64,000 nucleotides of DNA, from assembly GCF_028641065.1 (NCBI RefSeq), contig NW_026576285.1:1-64000 (forward strand), read 5' to 3'. A program made the position numbers and the translations under genes. Below the pieces are notes generated by a model. The model was not told the DNA's origin. It ran no database searches and worked only from the letters and a program-made list of their open reading frames with translations. This DNA is from Leucoraja erinacea (taxonomy: Eukaryota). The number at the start of each line of letters is the position of its first letter. Positions within the stretch are counted from its first letter, which is position 1. Shown in pieces: positions 46,281-59,056 of this stretch.

Positions 46281-46869
46281 AAAAGAGGCTACTTAGGGAC
46301 ACAGAAAGTGGTAGGTGCTTGGAACACACTCTCAGGAGAGGTGGATGCAGATACTACAGCACAATATATGTGGATATGCAGACACACACATGAACAGGCA
46401 GGAAATAGAGGGCTATAGACCACATGGTAACGTGGAATTAATTTAAATAGGCATTACGGTCAGCCTAGATCTCACGGGTGGAAAATACTGTATGAAAAAG
46501 GGTCTCGTCCAGAATCATCACCCATTCCTTCCCTCCAGAGAAGCTGCCTGTCCACCGAGTTACTCCAGCTTTATGTGTCTATCTACTGATTGAACCAGTT
46601 TCAGCAGTTCCTTCCTGTACATCCTGCCTGTGCAGCATTGTTCTGTGTTTACACATAGAGTGTAAATAAAACCTGCCATCCATTGTGCCATTTAAATCAA
46701 TTATGAGTGATGTATATTTTTATTCCATGTCATCCTACAAAATACCCCACAAATATACCACTCAGTGGCAGCATTCAGTGGATAGTGGCTGAGGCAAGGC
46801 AGCTATCAACTAGTTCATAGATTACATTTGTTTTCTTTTGACATTGTCAAGTTACTGAACATTTTCCAC

Positions 46870-48715
46870 AGGATATGTAAAAAGAAAGAGATTAGTTAAA
46901 ACAAATGTAGGTCCCTTGCAGTCATAAACAGGTGAGTTGATCATGGGGAACAAGGATATGGCGGACCAATTGAACCAACTACTTTGGTTCCGTCTTCACA
47001 AAGGAAGACATAAATAATCTGCCGGAAATAGCAGGGGCCCGCGGGTCAAAGGAGTTGGAGGAATTGAGTGAAATCCAGGTTAGCCGGGAAGTGGTGTTGG
47101 TTAAATTTAATGGATTAAAGGCCGATAAATCCCCAGGGCCAAATAGGCTGCATCCCAGAGTACTTAAGGAAGTAGCTCCAGAAATAGTGGATGCATTAGT
47201 AATAATCTTTCAAAACTCTTTAGATTCTGGAATAGTTCCTGAGGATTGGCGGGTAGCAAACGTAACCCCACTTTTTAAGAAGGGAGGGAGAGAGAAAACG
47301 GGGAATTGCAGACCAGTTAGTCTAACATCGGTAGTGGGGAAACTGCTAGAGTCAGTTATTAAAGATCGGATAGCAGCACATTTGGAAAGTGGTGAAATCA
47401 TTGGACAAAGTCAGCATGGATTTACGAAAGGTAAATCATGTCTGACGAATCTTATAGAATTTTTCGAGGATGTAACTAGTAGCGTGGATAGGGGAGAACC
47501 AGTGGATGTGGTGTATCTGGACTTCCAGAAGGCTTTTGACAAGGTCCCACATAAGAGATTAGTATACAAACTTAAAGTACACGGCATTGGGTGTTCAGTA
47601 TTGATGTGGATAGAGAACTGGCTGGCAAACAGGAAGCAAAGAGTAGGAGTAAACGGGTCCTTTCCACAATGGCAGGCAGTGACTAGTGGGGTACCGCAAG
47701 GCTCAGTGCTGGGACCCCAGCTATTTACAATATATATTAATGATCTGGATGAGGGAATTGAAGGCAATATCTCCAAGTTTGCGGATGACACTAAGCTGGG
47801 GGGCAGTGTTAGCTGTGAGGAGCATGCTAGGAGACGGCAAGGTGACTTGGATAGGCTGGGTGAGTGGGCAAATGTTTGGCAGATGCAGTATAATGTGGAT
47901 AAATGTGAGGTTATCCATTTTGGTGGCAAAAACGGGAAAGCAGACTATTATCTAAATGGTGGCCGATTGGGAAAGGGGGAGATGCAACGAGACCTGGGTG
48001 TCATGGTACATCAGTCATTGAAAGTAGGCATGCAGGTGCAGCAGGTAGTGAAGAAAGCGAATGGTATGTTAGCATTCATAGCAAAAAGAATTGAGTATAG
48101 GAGCAGGGAGGTTCTACTGCAGTTGTATAGGGTCTTAGTGAGACCACACCTGGAGTATTGCGTACAGTTTTGGTCTCCAAATCTGAGGACGGACATTATT
48201 GCCATAGAGGGAGTGCAGAGAAGGTTCACCAGACTGATTCCTGGGATGTCAGGACTGTCTTATGAAGAAAGACTGGATAGACTTGGTTTATACTCTCTAG
48301 AATTTAGGAGATTGCGAGGGGATCTTATAGAAACTTACAAAATTCTTAAGGCGTTTGACAGGCTAGATGCAGGAAGATTGCTCCCGATGTTGGGGAAGTC
48401 CAGGACAAGGGTTCACAGCTTAAGGATAAGGGGGAAATCCTTTAAAACCGAGATGAGAAGAACTTTTTTCACACAGAGAGTGGTGAGTCTCTGGAACACT
48501 CTGCCGCAGAGGGTAGTCAAGGCCAGTCCATTGGCTATATTTAAGAGGGAGTTAGATGTGGCCCTTGTGGCTAAAGGGATCAGAGGGTATGGAGAGAAGG
48601 CAGGTATGGGATACTGAGTTGGATGATCAGCCATGATCATATTGAATGGCGGTGCAGGCTCGAAGGGCCGAATGGCCTACTCCTGCACCTAATTTCTATG
48701 TCTATGTTTCCTATG
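46870..48715 (+). mobile_element. CR1 family B (HER1-like), 5'-truncated, intact RT frame
   Basis: 520-aa ORF at 47055-48617 with DFQKAFD, PQGS and FADD. Tail is cctactcctgcacc followed by (ttctatg)n. Confidence 0.94.
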
Positions 48716-49466
48716 GAAGTATATTTTTATGGCCCATTCTAGTGAGAATATTGATGAATGAAAAACAAGAAAACTGTTCTTTTGGACAGCACTATTATGG
48801 GGGTCACGGGGCAGTAGAGGTAGAGCTACTGCCTTACAGCGCCAGCGACCCGGGTTCGATCCTGACTACAGGTGCTGTCTGTATGGAGTTTGCACGTTCT
48901 CCCCGTGACCTGCATGGGTTTTCTCCAAGACCTTTGATTTCCTCCCACACTCCAAAGACGTACAGATTTGTAGGTTAATGGGCTTTGTGTAAATATTAGA
49001 TTGTGTGTCGTGTGTGTGCGTGCGCGCCTGCGTGTGGTAGCGATAGTGCGGTAATCGCTGGCCGGTGCGGACTCGGTGGGCTGAAGGGCCTGTTTCTGCT
49101 CTGTATCTCTGAACTAAAGTATTAACGTCTGTATCAAAACACTAAGGAAAATAAAGTCATCGAACACAGAAACTTGTGTCTGTGAGAGTGGTCAAGCACT
49201 AATCCCACACTAAACTGTTCCAAATGTTGCAGGAGTCCAGAACCAGGGGTCAGTTTAAAACTGAGGGGTAGGCTATTTAGAACTGAGATGAGGAAGAACT
49301 TTTTCAACCAGATAGTTGTGAATCTGTGGTATTTTCTGCCACAGAAGGCAGTGGAGACCAATTCATGGGATGGTTTCAAGACAGTTAGATTTAGCTCTTA
49401 GGGCTATTGGAATCAAATAATATGGGGGGGAAAGCAGGAACGAGGTAATGATTTTGTATGATCAGC

Positions 49467-49820
49467 CGTCGGAGAGCAGTGGAGGAGGGTCAGGGCGGTG
49501 AGTACTTAAATCGGGCGCGCGGGGCTTGTTTTCACAGAGGCCCAGGACCGTCGGAGAGCAGTGGAGGAGGGTCAGGGCGGTGAGTACTTAAATCGGGCGC
49601 GGGGCTTGTTTTCACAGAGGCCCAGGACCGTCGGAGAGCAGTGGAGGAGGGTCAGGGCGGTGAGTACTTAAATCGGGCGCGGGGCTTGTTTTCACAGAGG
49701 CCCAGGACCGTCGGAGAGCAGTGGAGGAGGGTCAGGGCGGTGAGTACTTAAATCGGGCGCGGGGCTTGTTTTCACAGAGGCCCAGGACCGTTGGAGAGCA
49801 GTGGAGGAGGGTCAGGGCTT
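49467..49820 (+). repeat. 80-bp tandem monomers, CR1 5' UTR (~4.4 copies)
   Basis: ggagagcagtggaggagggtcaggg starts at 49471, 49553, 49633, 49713 and 49793. Confidence 0.93.
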
Positions 49821-51746
49821 TTTTACCGAAATCCGTAACGTTCCACACTCCATAGGGAGGGTTCTGGTGGAAGCCGCTGATTGGTGGAAGCAGACTAGAG
49901 GAAGCAGCTGATTGGGTGCAACCTCAGGTTAGCATTTGTGCTTTCTGGTTAAAGGTGCAGTGCTTTAGTAAAGGTACAGTGAGCCAAAGGTACAGTGGGC
50001 TAAAGGTACAGTGCTTTTTGTTTATATAATAAAGGTGCAGTTTAAAGGTCACGAGGGAGCAGCTGTTGTGAGTCAGATACTGGCTGATTTCTCCCAGCAG
50101 TTTCTATTGTATTATACTGGTATCAGATCCAGGGTAAGGCGGGAGAATGACAGTCAGAGCAGTATACTGTTCTGGATGTCAGATGTGGGAGGTCATGGTG
50201 TCGGATGGCCCTCCAGACATCCACATCTGCACCAGGTGCAGCGAGATGGGGCTCCTAAGGGACCGTATTAGGATCCTGGAGCAGCAGCTCGATGACCTCG
50301 CTCTGATCAGGGAGAGTGAGGAGGTCATAGAGGGGAGTTATAGAGAGGTGGTCACTCCAAACCCACGGGAGAGAGACATGTGGGTCACATTAAGGAAGGG
50401 CAAGGGGCAGAGGCAGGAACGAGTGAGTACTCCAATGTCGGTACACCTCGCAAATAAGTACTCCTGTTTGAGTACGGATGGGGGTGACAGCCTACCCGGG
50501 GGTAGTGACAGCGGACGGGCCTCCAGCACAGAGACTGGCCCTGTTGCTCCAAAAGTTAGGGAAAAAAAGAGGGCAATAGTAATTGGGGACTCTATTGTTA
50601 GGGGGTCGGATAGGCGATTCTGTGGACGCAGTCGGGAGACCAGGATGGTGGTCTGCCTCCCTGGTGCCAAGGTCTCAGACGTGTCTCAACGCATCCAAGA
50701 TATCCTTAAATCAGAGGGAGAGGAGCCTGAGGTCGTGGTACATATAGGTACCAATGACAAAGGAAAAAAAAGGGAAGAGGACCTGAAGGGAGGATTTAGG
50801 GAGTTGGGAGGAGAGTTAAGAAAAATGACCAAAAAGGTAAAAATCTCAGGATTACTGCCTGTGCCACGCGACAGTGAGAGTAGGAATGGAGCGAGGTGGA
50901 GGATAAATGCGTGGCTGAAAGACTGGTGCAGAGGGCAGGGATTCGAGTTCCTGGATCATTGGGACTTCTTTTGGGGAAGGTGGGACCTGTACAGAAAGGA
51001 TGGGTTGCACTTGAACCCGAGGGGGACCAATATCCTAGCGGGGAAATTTGCAAAGGCAACTGGGGAGACTTTAAACTAGAATGGTTGGGGCGAGGGACTC
51101 AAATAGCGAAAGGTAGTAGACAGAATGGGAGGCAGGAAGCAGAAATGGGAAGCACTCGGACACAAGAGGAGAAAGAAAAAAAAGGAAATAAACAGAGAAT
51201 ATGAGACGGGGGTTTTCTTAAATGTGCATATTTTAATGCTAGGAGTATTGTAAGAAAGGTGGATGAGCTTAGAGTCTGGATAGACACCTGGAAGTATGAT
51301 GTTGTGGCGATCAGTGAAACGTGGTTGCAGGACGGCTGTGATTGGAAACTAAATATTCCAGGATTTCGTTGCTTCAGGTGTGATAGAATTGGAGGGGCAA
51401 GAGGTGGAGGTGTTGCATTGCTAGTCAGGGAAGATATTACAGCAGTGCTTTGGCAGGATAGATTGGAGGGCTCATCTAGGGAGGCTATTTGGGTGGAATT
51501 GAGAAGTGGGAAAGGTGTAGCAACACTTATAGGGGTGTATTATAGACCGCCAAACGGAGAACGAGAATTGGAAGAGCAAATATGTAAGGAGATAGCAGAG
51601 ATTAGTAGTAAGCACAAGGTAGTGATTGTGGGAGATTTCAACTTTCCACACATAGACTGGGAAACACATTCTGTAAATGGGCTGGATGGGTTGGAGTTTG
51701 TAAAATGTGTGCAGGATAGTTTTTTGCAGCAATACATAGAGGTACC
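49467..51746 (+). mobile_element. CR1 family A 5' half (monomers, ORF1 50147-51079, partial EN)
   Basis: Near-identical to 26470-28620. ORF1 is intact (310 aa), ORF2 has a TGA at about 51202, and the copy breaks at IEVP. Confidence 0.94.
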
Positions 51747-52022
51747 ACTACCGCTACCACTCTCTGAGTAAAGAAGTTCCCCCTCATGTTACCCCTAAAC
51801 TTCTGTCCCTTAATTCTCAAATCATGTCCTCTTGTTTGAATCTTCCCTACTGTTAATGGAAAAAGCTAATCCACATCAATTCTGTCTATCCCTCTCATCA
51901 TTTTAAAGACCTCTATCAAGTCCCCCCTTAACCTTCTGCGCTCCAAAAAAATAAAGACCTAACTTGTTCAACCTTTCTCTGTAACTTAGGTGCTGAAAAT
52001 AAGGCAACATTCTAGTAAATCT
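51747..52022 (-). mobile_element. CR1 family A RT C-terminal fragment, inverted, no tail
   Basis: RFTRML...FRGNMRGNFFTQRVV on the minus strand, abutting the plus-strand copy. Confidence 0.85.
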
Positions 52023-53929
52023 AATATTAAATTATTGTGTCATTGATTGTTTTATATTTAATATGTGTATAAGAATGTCATTGTTCCATTGCCAGGACAG
52101 ATGACAATTAAACTCTTGCTCTTGTCCAACCCATTCTTATTCTCTGTAAATTCCCATCATCTCTCTCCAGATTCTATCACTTACCTACAAATGACAGTCA
52201 ACTTACATGGTAGAAACAAGGAACTACAAATGTTGGTTCACAAAGAAATAGACGCAAAGTTCTGGAGCACCTTAGTGGGTCAGGCAGCATCCCTGGAGAA
52301 CGGATATGTGTCGATGGATAGATGTTTCGGGTCAAGACCACTTCTTCACTCTGTGGAAGGGTGTTAACCCTAAATGTCATCTCTCTATGATCTCCGGAGA
52401 TGCTGCCTGACCAGTTGAGTTAATCCAGCACTTAGAGTTAGACACAAAATGCTGGAGTAACTCAGTGGGACAGGCAGTATCTCTGGAGAGAAGGTCTCGA
52501 ACTGAAATGCCACCTATTCCCTTTCTCCAGAGTCGCTGTCTGACCCGCTGAATTACTCAAGCTTTTTGTGTCTATCTTTGGTTTAAACCAGCATCTGCAG
52601 TTGTTGGGAGGAAACTATTCTTCAACCTGGAGGTCATGGTTTTCAAGCACCTATACTTTCTTCCCCATGGTGGGAGGTATTAAAAGTGTGGCCAGGGGGA
52701 TGATGTTGGCTACCTTTTTGAGGCAGGGTGTCGTGTGGATCCCTTCGATGGTGGTGAGGTCAGTATAACATCCTGATTATTCACAAATCTAAGTACATCT
52801 GAAGAGCAGGCCTAAGTTGTAGAATTGCTCTCTAAATATCCCTTCCTCTTATACTTCCTATAAGATGCACCTTAACTGTTCATTTTGCTAATTGTCATGT
52901 AATGCCATTATACTGCTCTAAGTAATATGTTACAGAATAATATTCTTACGAATCTCATTGAAGCATTTTCCTACATTGAAACTGCTATAAATATGTTATT
53001 CGTTATATCTATGCCTGTTTCCCCTTTCACCAAACTAGATTATTCCCATTAAACGTGAATGTCATTGTTTTGTTTGGCTCCGGAGATGTGTGCTGGAATG
53101 TGATCATTAAAATCTTCCAGTATATTGAACCCTGAACTACGCTACACTCAACTATGAATAATCAACAAAATAAATACAAAGTGTTGGAGTAACTCAGCAG
53201 ATCAGGCAGCGTCGCTGGTGAGAATGGATAGGTAATGTGTCGAATCGGACCCTGTAGACCGATGGACTGTCTTTGGTTAAACTAAGCATTCGAGGTGTTT
53301 TTGCACAAATATTGGGATTATCAATTTACTGAATTTTTAGCATGTTATCTATTGATTTACAGGTCTGCTAAGCTGCTGCAAGAATGTCATTATTTGGTAG
53401 TCAGCACATATGACTATTGAACATTCTATACTCTTCTGGACTCTCTTGTGGAGTGGGAACAAACCTAACATAAGCAAAATGGTGCCATTCATCCTTTGTC
53501 CCCAATCTCTGATATTCTATAAGATCCTCTAGCAGACCACCATTTTTCCAAACTATCCCACAATTCCTTTTGTATCCAAGCATCTTCCTATCCGTGCCTC
53601 AAGCATCTGATTGACTGAATGCCCGCACCTTTCTTGGACAGAGAATTTGAAAGACTAATTACCCTCTGGGTGAAAAAGTTTCATCTCTTTACTGCACTGA
53701 ATTCAATGATTCAATGATATTTTATTGTCACATGCACCTAGGTACAGTGAAATGCTCTGTTCCGCATACAACTCGGTAAAATCATATAGCAGACCTAACC
53801 GCGGCAATACACAAGTGTCACCATGTTTTGGTGCCATAAGAATGTCTGAACCCTTATTTCTAAACTGTAAATTTTGGTTCCAGACACACCAGTCTGGGGA
53901 GAAATAAAAAGATCATCCCTCATGACCTT

Positions 53930-56152
53930 TATAACATATAACCATAGGTTAACCCTAAATTTCTGTACCTTAATTCTGAAGTCATGTTCTCTTGTTTGAA
54001 TCTTCCGTATTCTCCAAGGGAAAAGCTTGTCCACATCAACTCTGTCTATCCCTCTCATCATTTTAAAGACCTCTATCAAGTCCCCCCTTAACCTTCTGCG
54101 CTCCAGAGAATAAAGACCTAACTTATTCAACCTTTCTCTGTAACTTAGTTGTTGAAACCCAGGCAACATTCTAGTAAATCTCCTCTACACTCTCTCTATT
54201 TTGTTGACATCCTTCCTATAATTGGGCAGCCAAAATTGTACACCATACTTCAGATTTGGTCTCACCAATGCCTTGTACAATTTTAACATTACATCCCAGC
54301 TTCTATACTCAATGCTCTGATTTATAAAGGCTAGAATACCAAAAGCTTTCTTTACCACCCTATCTATATGAGATTCCACCTTCAAGGAACTATGCAGTTA
54401 TTCCCAGATCCCACTGTTCAACTGCATTCTCCAATTCCCTACCATTTACCATGTACGTCCTATTTTGATTTGTCCTGCCAAGGTGTAGCACCTCACATTT
54501 ATCAGCATTAAACATCATCTGCCATCTTTCAGCCCATTCTTCCAAATGGCCTAAATCACTCTGTAGACTTTGGAAATCCTCTTCATTATCCACAACACCC
54601 CCTATCTTGGTATCATCTGCATACTTACTAATCCAATTCACCACACCTTCATCCAGATCATTGATGTACATGACAAACAACAAAGGATCCAACACAGATC
54701 CCTGAGGCACCCTACTAGTCCACTGCCTCCAACCCGACAAACAGCCATCCACCATTACCCTCTGGCGTCTCCCATTCAGCCACTGTTGAATCCATCTTGC
54801 TACTCCTGCATTTATACCCAACAGTTGAACCTTCTTAACCAACCTTCCATTAGGAACCTTGTTAAAGGCCTTACTAAAGTCCATATAGACAACATTCACT
54901 GCTTTACCCTCATCAATTTCCCTAGTAACCTCTTCAAAAAATTCAAGAAGATTAGTCAAACATGACCTTCCAGGTACAAATCCATGTTGACTGTTCCTAA
55001 TCAGACCCTGTTTATCCAGATGCTTATATATAGTATATTTTCCATTAATTTTCCCACCACTGAAGTCAAACTAACAGGTATATAATTGCTAGGTTTACTC
55101 TTAGTACCCTTTTTAAACAATGGAACAAAATGCGCAGTATGCCAATCCTCGGGGACTATTCCCATTTCTAATGACATTTGAAATATTTCTGTCATAGCCC
55201 CGGCTATTTCTACACTAACTTCCCTCAATGTCCTAGGGAATATCCTGTCAGGACCTGGAGACTTATCCACTTTTATATTTTTCAAAAGTGTCAGTACTTC
55301 TTTTACTTTGAAACTCATAGTATCCATAGCTACTCTACTAGTTTTCCTTACCTCACATAATTTAATATCCTTCTCCTTGGTGAATACCGAAGAAAAGAAA
55401 TTGTTCAATATCTCCCCCATCTCTTTTGGCTCTGCAGATAGTTGTCCACTCTGTCTCTCCAATGGACCAATTTTATCCCTCGTTATCCGTTTGCTATTAA
55501 TATAGCGGTAGAAACCCTTTGGATTGACTTTCACCTTACTTGCCAAAGCAACCTCATGTCTTCTTTTCGCTTTTCTAATTTCTTTCTTAAAATTCTTTTT
55601 ACATTCCTTATACTCCTCAAGCACCTCATTTACTTCATGCTGCCTATAATTATTGTAGATCTCCCTCTTCTTCCAAACAAGATGTCCAATTTCCCTTGAA
55701 AACCAGGGCTCTTTCCAATTTTTACTGTTTCCTTTCAACCGAACAGGAACATAAAGATTCTGTTCTCTTAAAATTTCCCCTTTAAATGTCTTCCATTTCT
55801 CTTCTACATCCTTCCCATAAAACAAAATGTCCCAGTTCACTCCTTTTAAATCATTTCGCATCTCATCAAAGTTAGCCTTTCTCCAATCAAAAATCTCAAC
55901 CTTAGGTCCAGTTCTGACCCTCTCCATAATTATATTGAAACTAATGGTATTGTGATCACTGGACCCGAAGTGCTCCCCAACGCATACCTCCGCCACCTGT
56001 CCCGTCTCATTTCCTAACAGGAGTTCCAGCACTGCCCCTCCTCTAGTAGGTACCTCTATGTATTGCTGCAAAAAACTATCCTGCACACAGTTTACAAACT
56101 TCAAACCATCCAGCCCATTTACAGAATGTGTTTCCCAGTCTATGTGTGGAAA
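53930..56152 (-). mobile_element. CR1 family A, 5'-truncated (EN C-terminus to 3' end, internal deletions)
   Basis: Fragmented ORF2 from FPHIDW to KFR, with a residual tail. Confidence 0.92.
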
Positions 56153-56310
56153 TTGGTGGTGAAGTTGATGAAGTCTGAGTTCTGCATGGGTGCAGGAAGT
56201 AGCACCAATGCAGTCGTCAATGTAGCTGAGGTAGAGTTCAGGGATCGGGCCAGTGTACGCCTGGAACAGTAGCTGTTCGACGTTCCCTACAAAGAGGCAA
56301 GCACAGCCCT
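56153..56310 (-). mobile_element. Penelope RT core fragment fused to the CR1 5' end
   Basis: ACLFVGNVEQ...YIDDCIG, a Penelope-type RT catalytic region. Confidence 0.75.
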
Positions 56311-56589
56311 TTCCCGCCTCTCCCACATATTCCCATTCTTACAATAAGAACTTGAAATCAAAGATGTTTTTGCTTCAAACCGCGTCGCTCCTGTTTGTTT
56401 TACACGAGTTAAAATGCAGTTTAAACCAATACCTGCAGTTCCTTCTCTCACAAAGGAAACGGTGCATGGTGCAAATCAAAGCAGAAATTCCAGTCTGTAT
56501 TGTACCGAAACAGGGGAGATTGAACCGTTTTAACGTCTACATGAACCTCAGACTGAATGTGTATTGCGCGCTTTTTAGATAGATAGATA

Positions 56590-57728
56590 TGCCATTTATT
56601 GTCACTATACATGTACAGTGAAACTGAAAGCTGCTCGTACTCAGTGCATACATACAATTTTACACAAAAAACAAGAAACAGAAAACAAAACAGAAGGGAG
56701 ATGGGGGGGGGAATAGGTGCACAAATTCTACGGCGCTACATACATATATACATATATACAGATGGAAGTCCGTGTTGGGCGGTGTAGTCAGTGAATGTGT
56801 GGATTTGAATTCATGGTAGATATAATTCTCGGGAAGCAGCTATTCCTGAGTCTGTTTGTCCTGGATTTGATACACCTATAGCGCCTTCCAGAGGGCAGCA
56901 GGTCGAACAGTCCAAACGCAGGATGGGAGCTGTCTTTGGTGATCTTCTTTGCCCTGCTAAGGCAGCGGGAGGTGTAGATGTCCATCAGGGAGGGGAGAGG
57001 GCAACCAATGATCCTCTGCGCTGTCCTGGTTACCCTCTGAAGCCTCTCCCTGTCTGCCATGGTGCAGCTGCCATACCATGCTGTAATGCAGTATGTCAGC
57101 AGGCTCTCGATGGACGAGCGGTAGAAGGTCAGCAGCAGGTTAGAGTCTAGGTTGTGCTTCCTGAGGACCCTCAGGAAGTGCAGCCGCTGCTGAGCCTTCT
57201 TGATGACCGCTGTCGTGTTGTCCGTCCAGGAGATGTCAGCCGCGATATGGACGCCGAGAAACCGGAAGGTGTTGACCCTCTCCACACACTCGCCGTTGAT
57301 GTGTAGGGGGGCTAAGTCGGTGCTGTGCCTCCTGAAGTCGACAATGAGCTCTTTTGTTTTCCTGGTGTTCAGAGCCAGATTGTTTTCTGAGCACCAGGTT
57401 GTCAACTTCAGGACTTCCTCTCTGTAGGCTGCCTCGTCTCCCTTTGAAATAAGTCCGACCACAGTAGTGTCGTCAGCAAATTTGACGATGCGGTTGTTGT
57501 TGTGGGCCGGACTACAGTCGTAGGTGTAGAGACAGTATAAGAGGGGGCTTAGCACACAGCCCTGTGGGGAACCGGTACTCAACCTGCGAGTGGAGGAGAG
57601 GTGGGGGCCAAGTCTCACAGTCTGGGGCCGGTTTGTGAGGAAATCCTTAATCCAGGCACATGTGACAGTGGGGAGGCCGAGAGTGACCAGTTTACCAATG
57701 AGGATGTCCGGGATGATTGTGTTAAAGT
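56590..57728 (-). mobile_element. Rex1/Babar-clade LINE 3' portion, adjacent to the exon 1 donor
   Basis: [28 protein letters not shown] and LPSGRRYR, followed by a 3' UTR. Confidence 0.9.
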
Positions 57729-57796
57729 GTTGTGTTTTAAACTCAATAGAGATAAAGCCAAGCCAGTAACGAATAAAATGAGAATCATTAACTTAC

Positions 57797-57869
57797 CTGC
57801 AAGAGCCCCTTGTACGTGGAAGAAACTCAGCAAGATGAACAGAATCATTTCGCGTACAACCTCTCGCAT
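57797..57869 (-). CDS. MHC class I-like gene, exon 1 (leader/signal peptide)
   Basis: Encodes (MREVVRE)MILFILLSFFHVQGALA-G, a hydrophobic signal peptide ending A-L-A. In-frame ATGs at 57869 and 57848, the latter with a purine at -3. The phase-1 donor GCA G|GTAAGT joins in frame to the alpha1 exon to give G-P-H-T-L. Confidence 0.85.
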
Positions 57870-57925
57870 CAGCAGCAGCAACTGAGCCAAACTTCACCAA
57901 CACCAAAGCAGGATAATCTCATCAT

Positions 57926-57967
57926 ACAATCAGAATAAAAATACCACGGTCGTCACCAGTTGTCGAG
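57926..57967 (-). promoter_or_regulatory. X1-X2-Y-like (SXY) proximal promoter module
   Basis: Minus strand reads CTCGACAACTGG TGACGAC, then 15 nt, then CTGATTGT, located 57-98 nt upstream of the ATG. An extra CCAAT lies at about 57975-57979. Confidence 0.55.
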
Positions 57968-59056
57968 CGGTGTCATTGGACCGGCAGGAAACCATTGACT
58001 GCAATGGAGACACGAGGAGGTGCTGAGGTGTAACTCAGCAGTTCAGGTCGCAAGTCCGGAGAGCATAAATGGTGACGATAGACACAAAGCGCTGGAGTAA
58101 CTCAACGGGTCGAGCAGCATCTTTGGAGAAAAAGGATAGGTGACTATTGTCAATCTGAAGTAGGGTCCCAATCTGAAATAGCGCCTGTCAATGTCTTCCA
58201 GAGATGTTGCCCGACCTGCTGAGTCACTACAGCGCTTTGTTTTTTCGCACTATGTAGCAAATGGAATGGAATGGAATGGCAGGGCGTAGTTGCCTGGAAA
58301 TGTAATTACGTTTCAGATAACGCACCATTCTTGTGCTGCTAACTGCTCCTAATGTTCCTTTATGATTCAGGAGACCCATAAATCCAATCGCCTATCCTGA
58401 CTTGAATCATTACAATGCAGAACAAAAGGAGGAAACCAAACACTGTCCACAGCTGGTAGAGCTGCTGCCTCACAGTACTAGCGACCAGCGTTAGATCATC
58501 ACCTCTGGTATTATCTGTAGATTTTCTTTAAGAAAGAACTGCAGATGCTGAAAAATCGAATGTAGACACAAATGCTGGAGAAACTCAGTGGGTGAGGCAG
58601 CATCTATGGAGTGAAGGAATAGGCGACGTTTCGGGTCGGGGCCCTCCAAGAAGGGTCTTCTTCGTTCTTTCTGTGACCACTGTGTTCTTCCCGGGTACTC
58701 TGGTTTTCTCCCACATTCCTCAGATGTGTGGGTTTGTCAGTTAATTGACCTCTGTAAATTTTCCCTAGCGTGTGTGGGGATTGGACAACATTGAACTAGT
58801 GTGAAGGGGTGACTGATGGTCAGCATGATGGGCTGAAGGGCCTGTGTCCATGTTGTATCTTTCAACTCAAAATGGAATGATGTAAAGAAGTTATATTGGA
58901 AGCTAGGTTGGACATTGAAACTGTGCAGCGCATGGTGGTGAATATAGACGGCAATGGTGTCTACGAGTTTATCAAGGTCCTATCTATCAGATATGGGGAG
59001 AACTTACACAACAGCATTGGTATTTGTTTATAATTGTCACTTGGGTTATTGAGATA

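Larger units (their letters stand above)
3112..57869 (-). other. Nonclassical MHC class I heavy-chain gene span (3' exons not found in window)
   Basis: Four colinear minus-strand exons in the canonical leader-a1-a2-a3 order. All junctions are phase 1 and there are no internal stops. Introns are about 18.1, 26.0 and 9.7 kb. Confidence 0.88.

Noticed and set aside
53401-53583. 60-aa minus-strand ORF as an extra class I exon
   Set aside because: No domain similarity and no convincing donor. The leader already joins alpha1 in frame.
55001-56326. 441-aa Penelope-RT/CR1 fusion ORF as a novel chimeric protein
   Set aside because: A chance in-frame junction of two truncated elements, with a non-ATG start and a downstream frameshift.
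56617-56632. Perfect ISRE-like GAAACTGAAAG in intron 1
   Set aside because: It lies in the 3' tail of the Rex1/Babar LINE, with no independent support.
57615-57890. 91-aa hydrophobic ORF as a standalone membrane protein
   Set aside because: It is the leader exon read through its donor into intron and LINE sequence, and the track start is a TTG.
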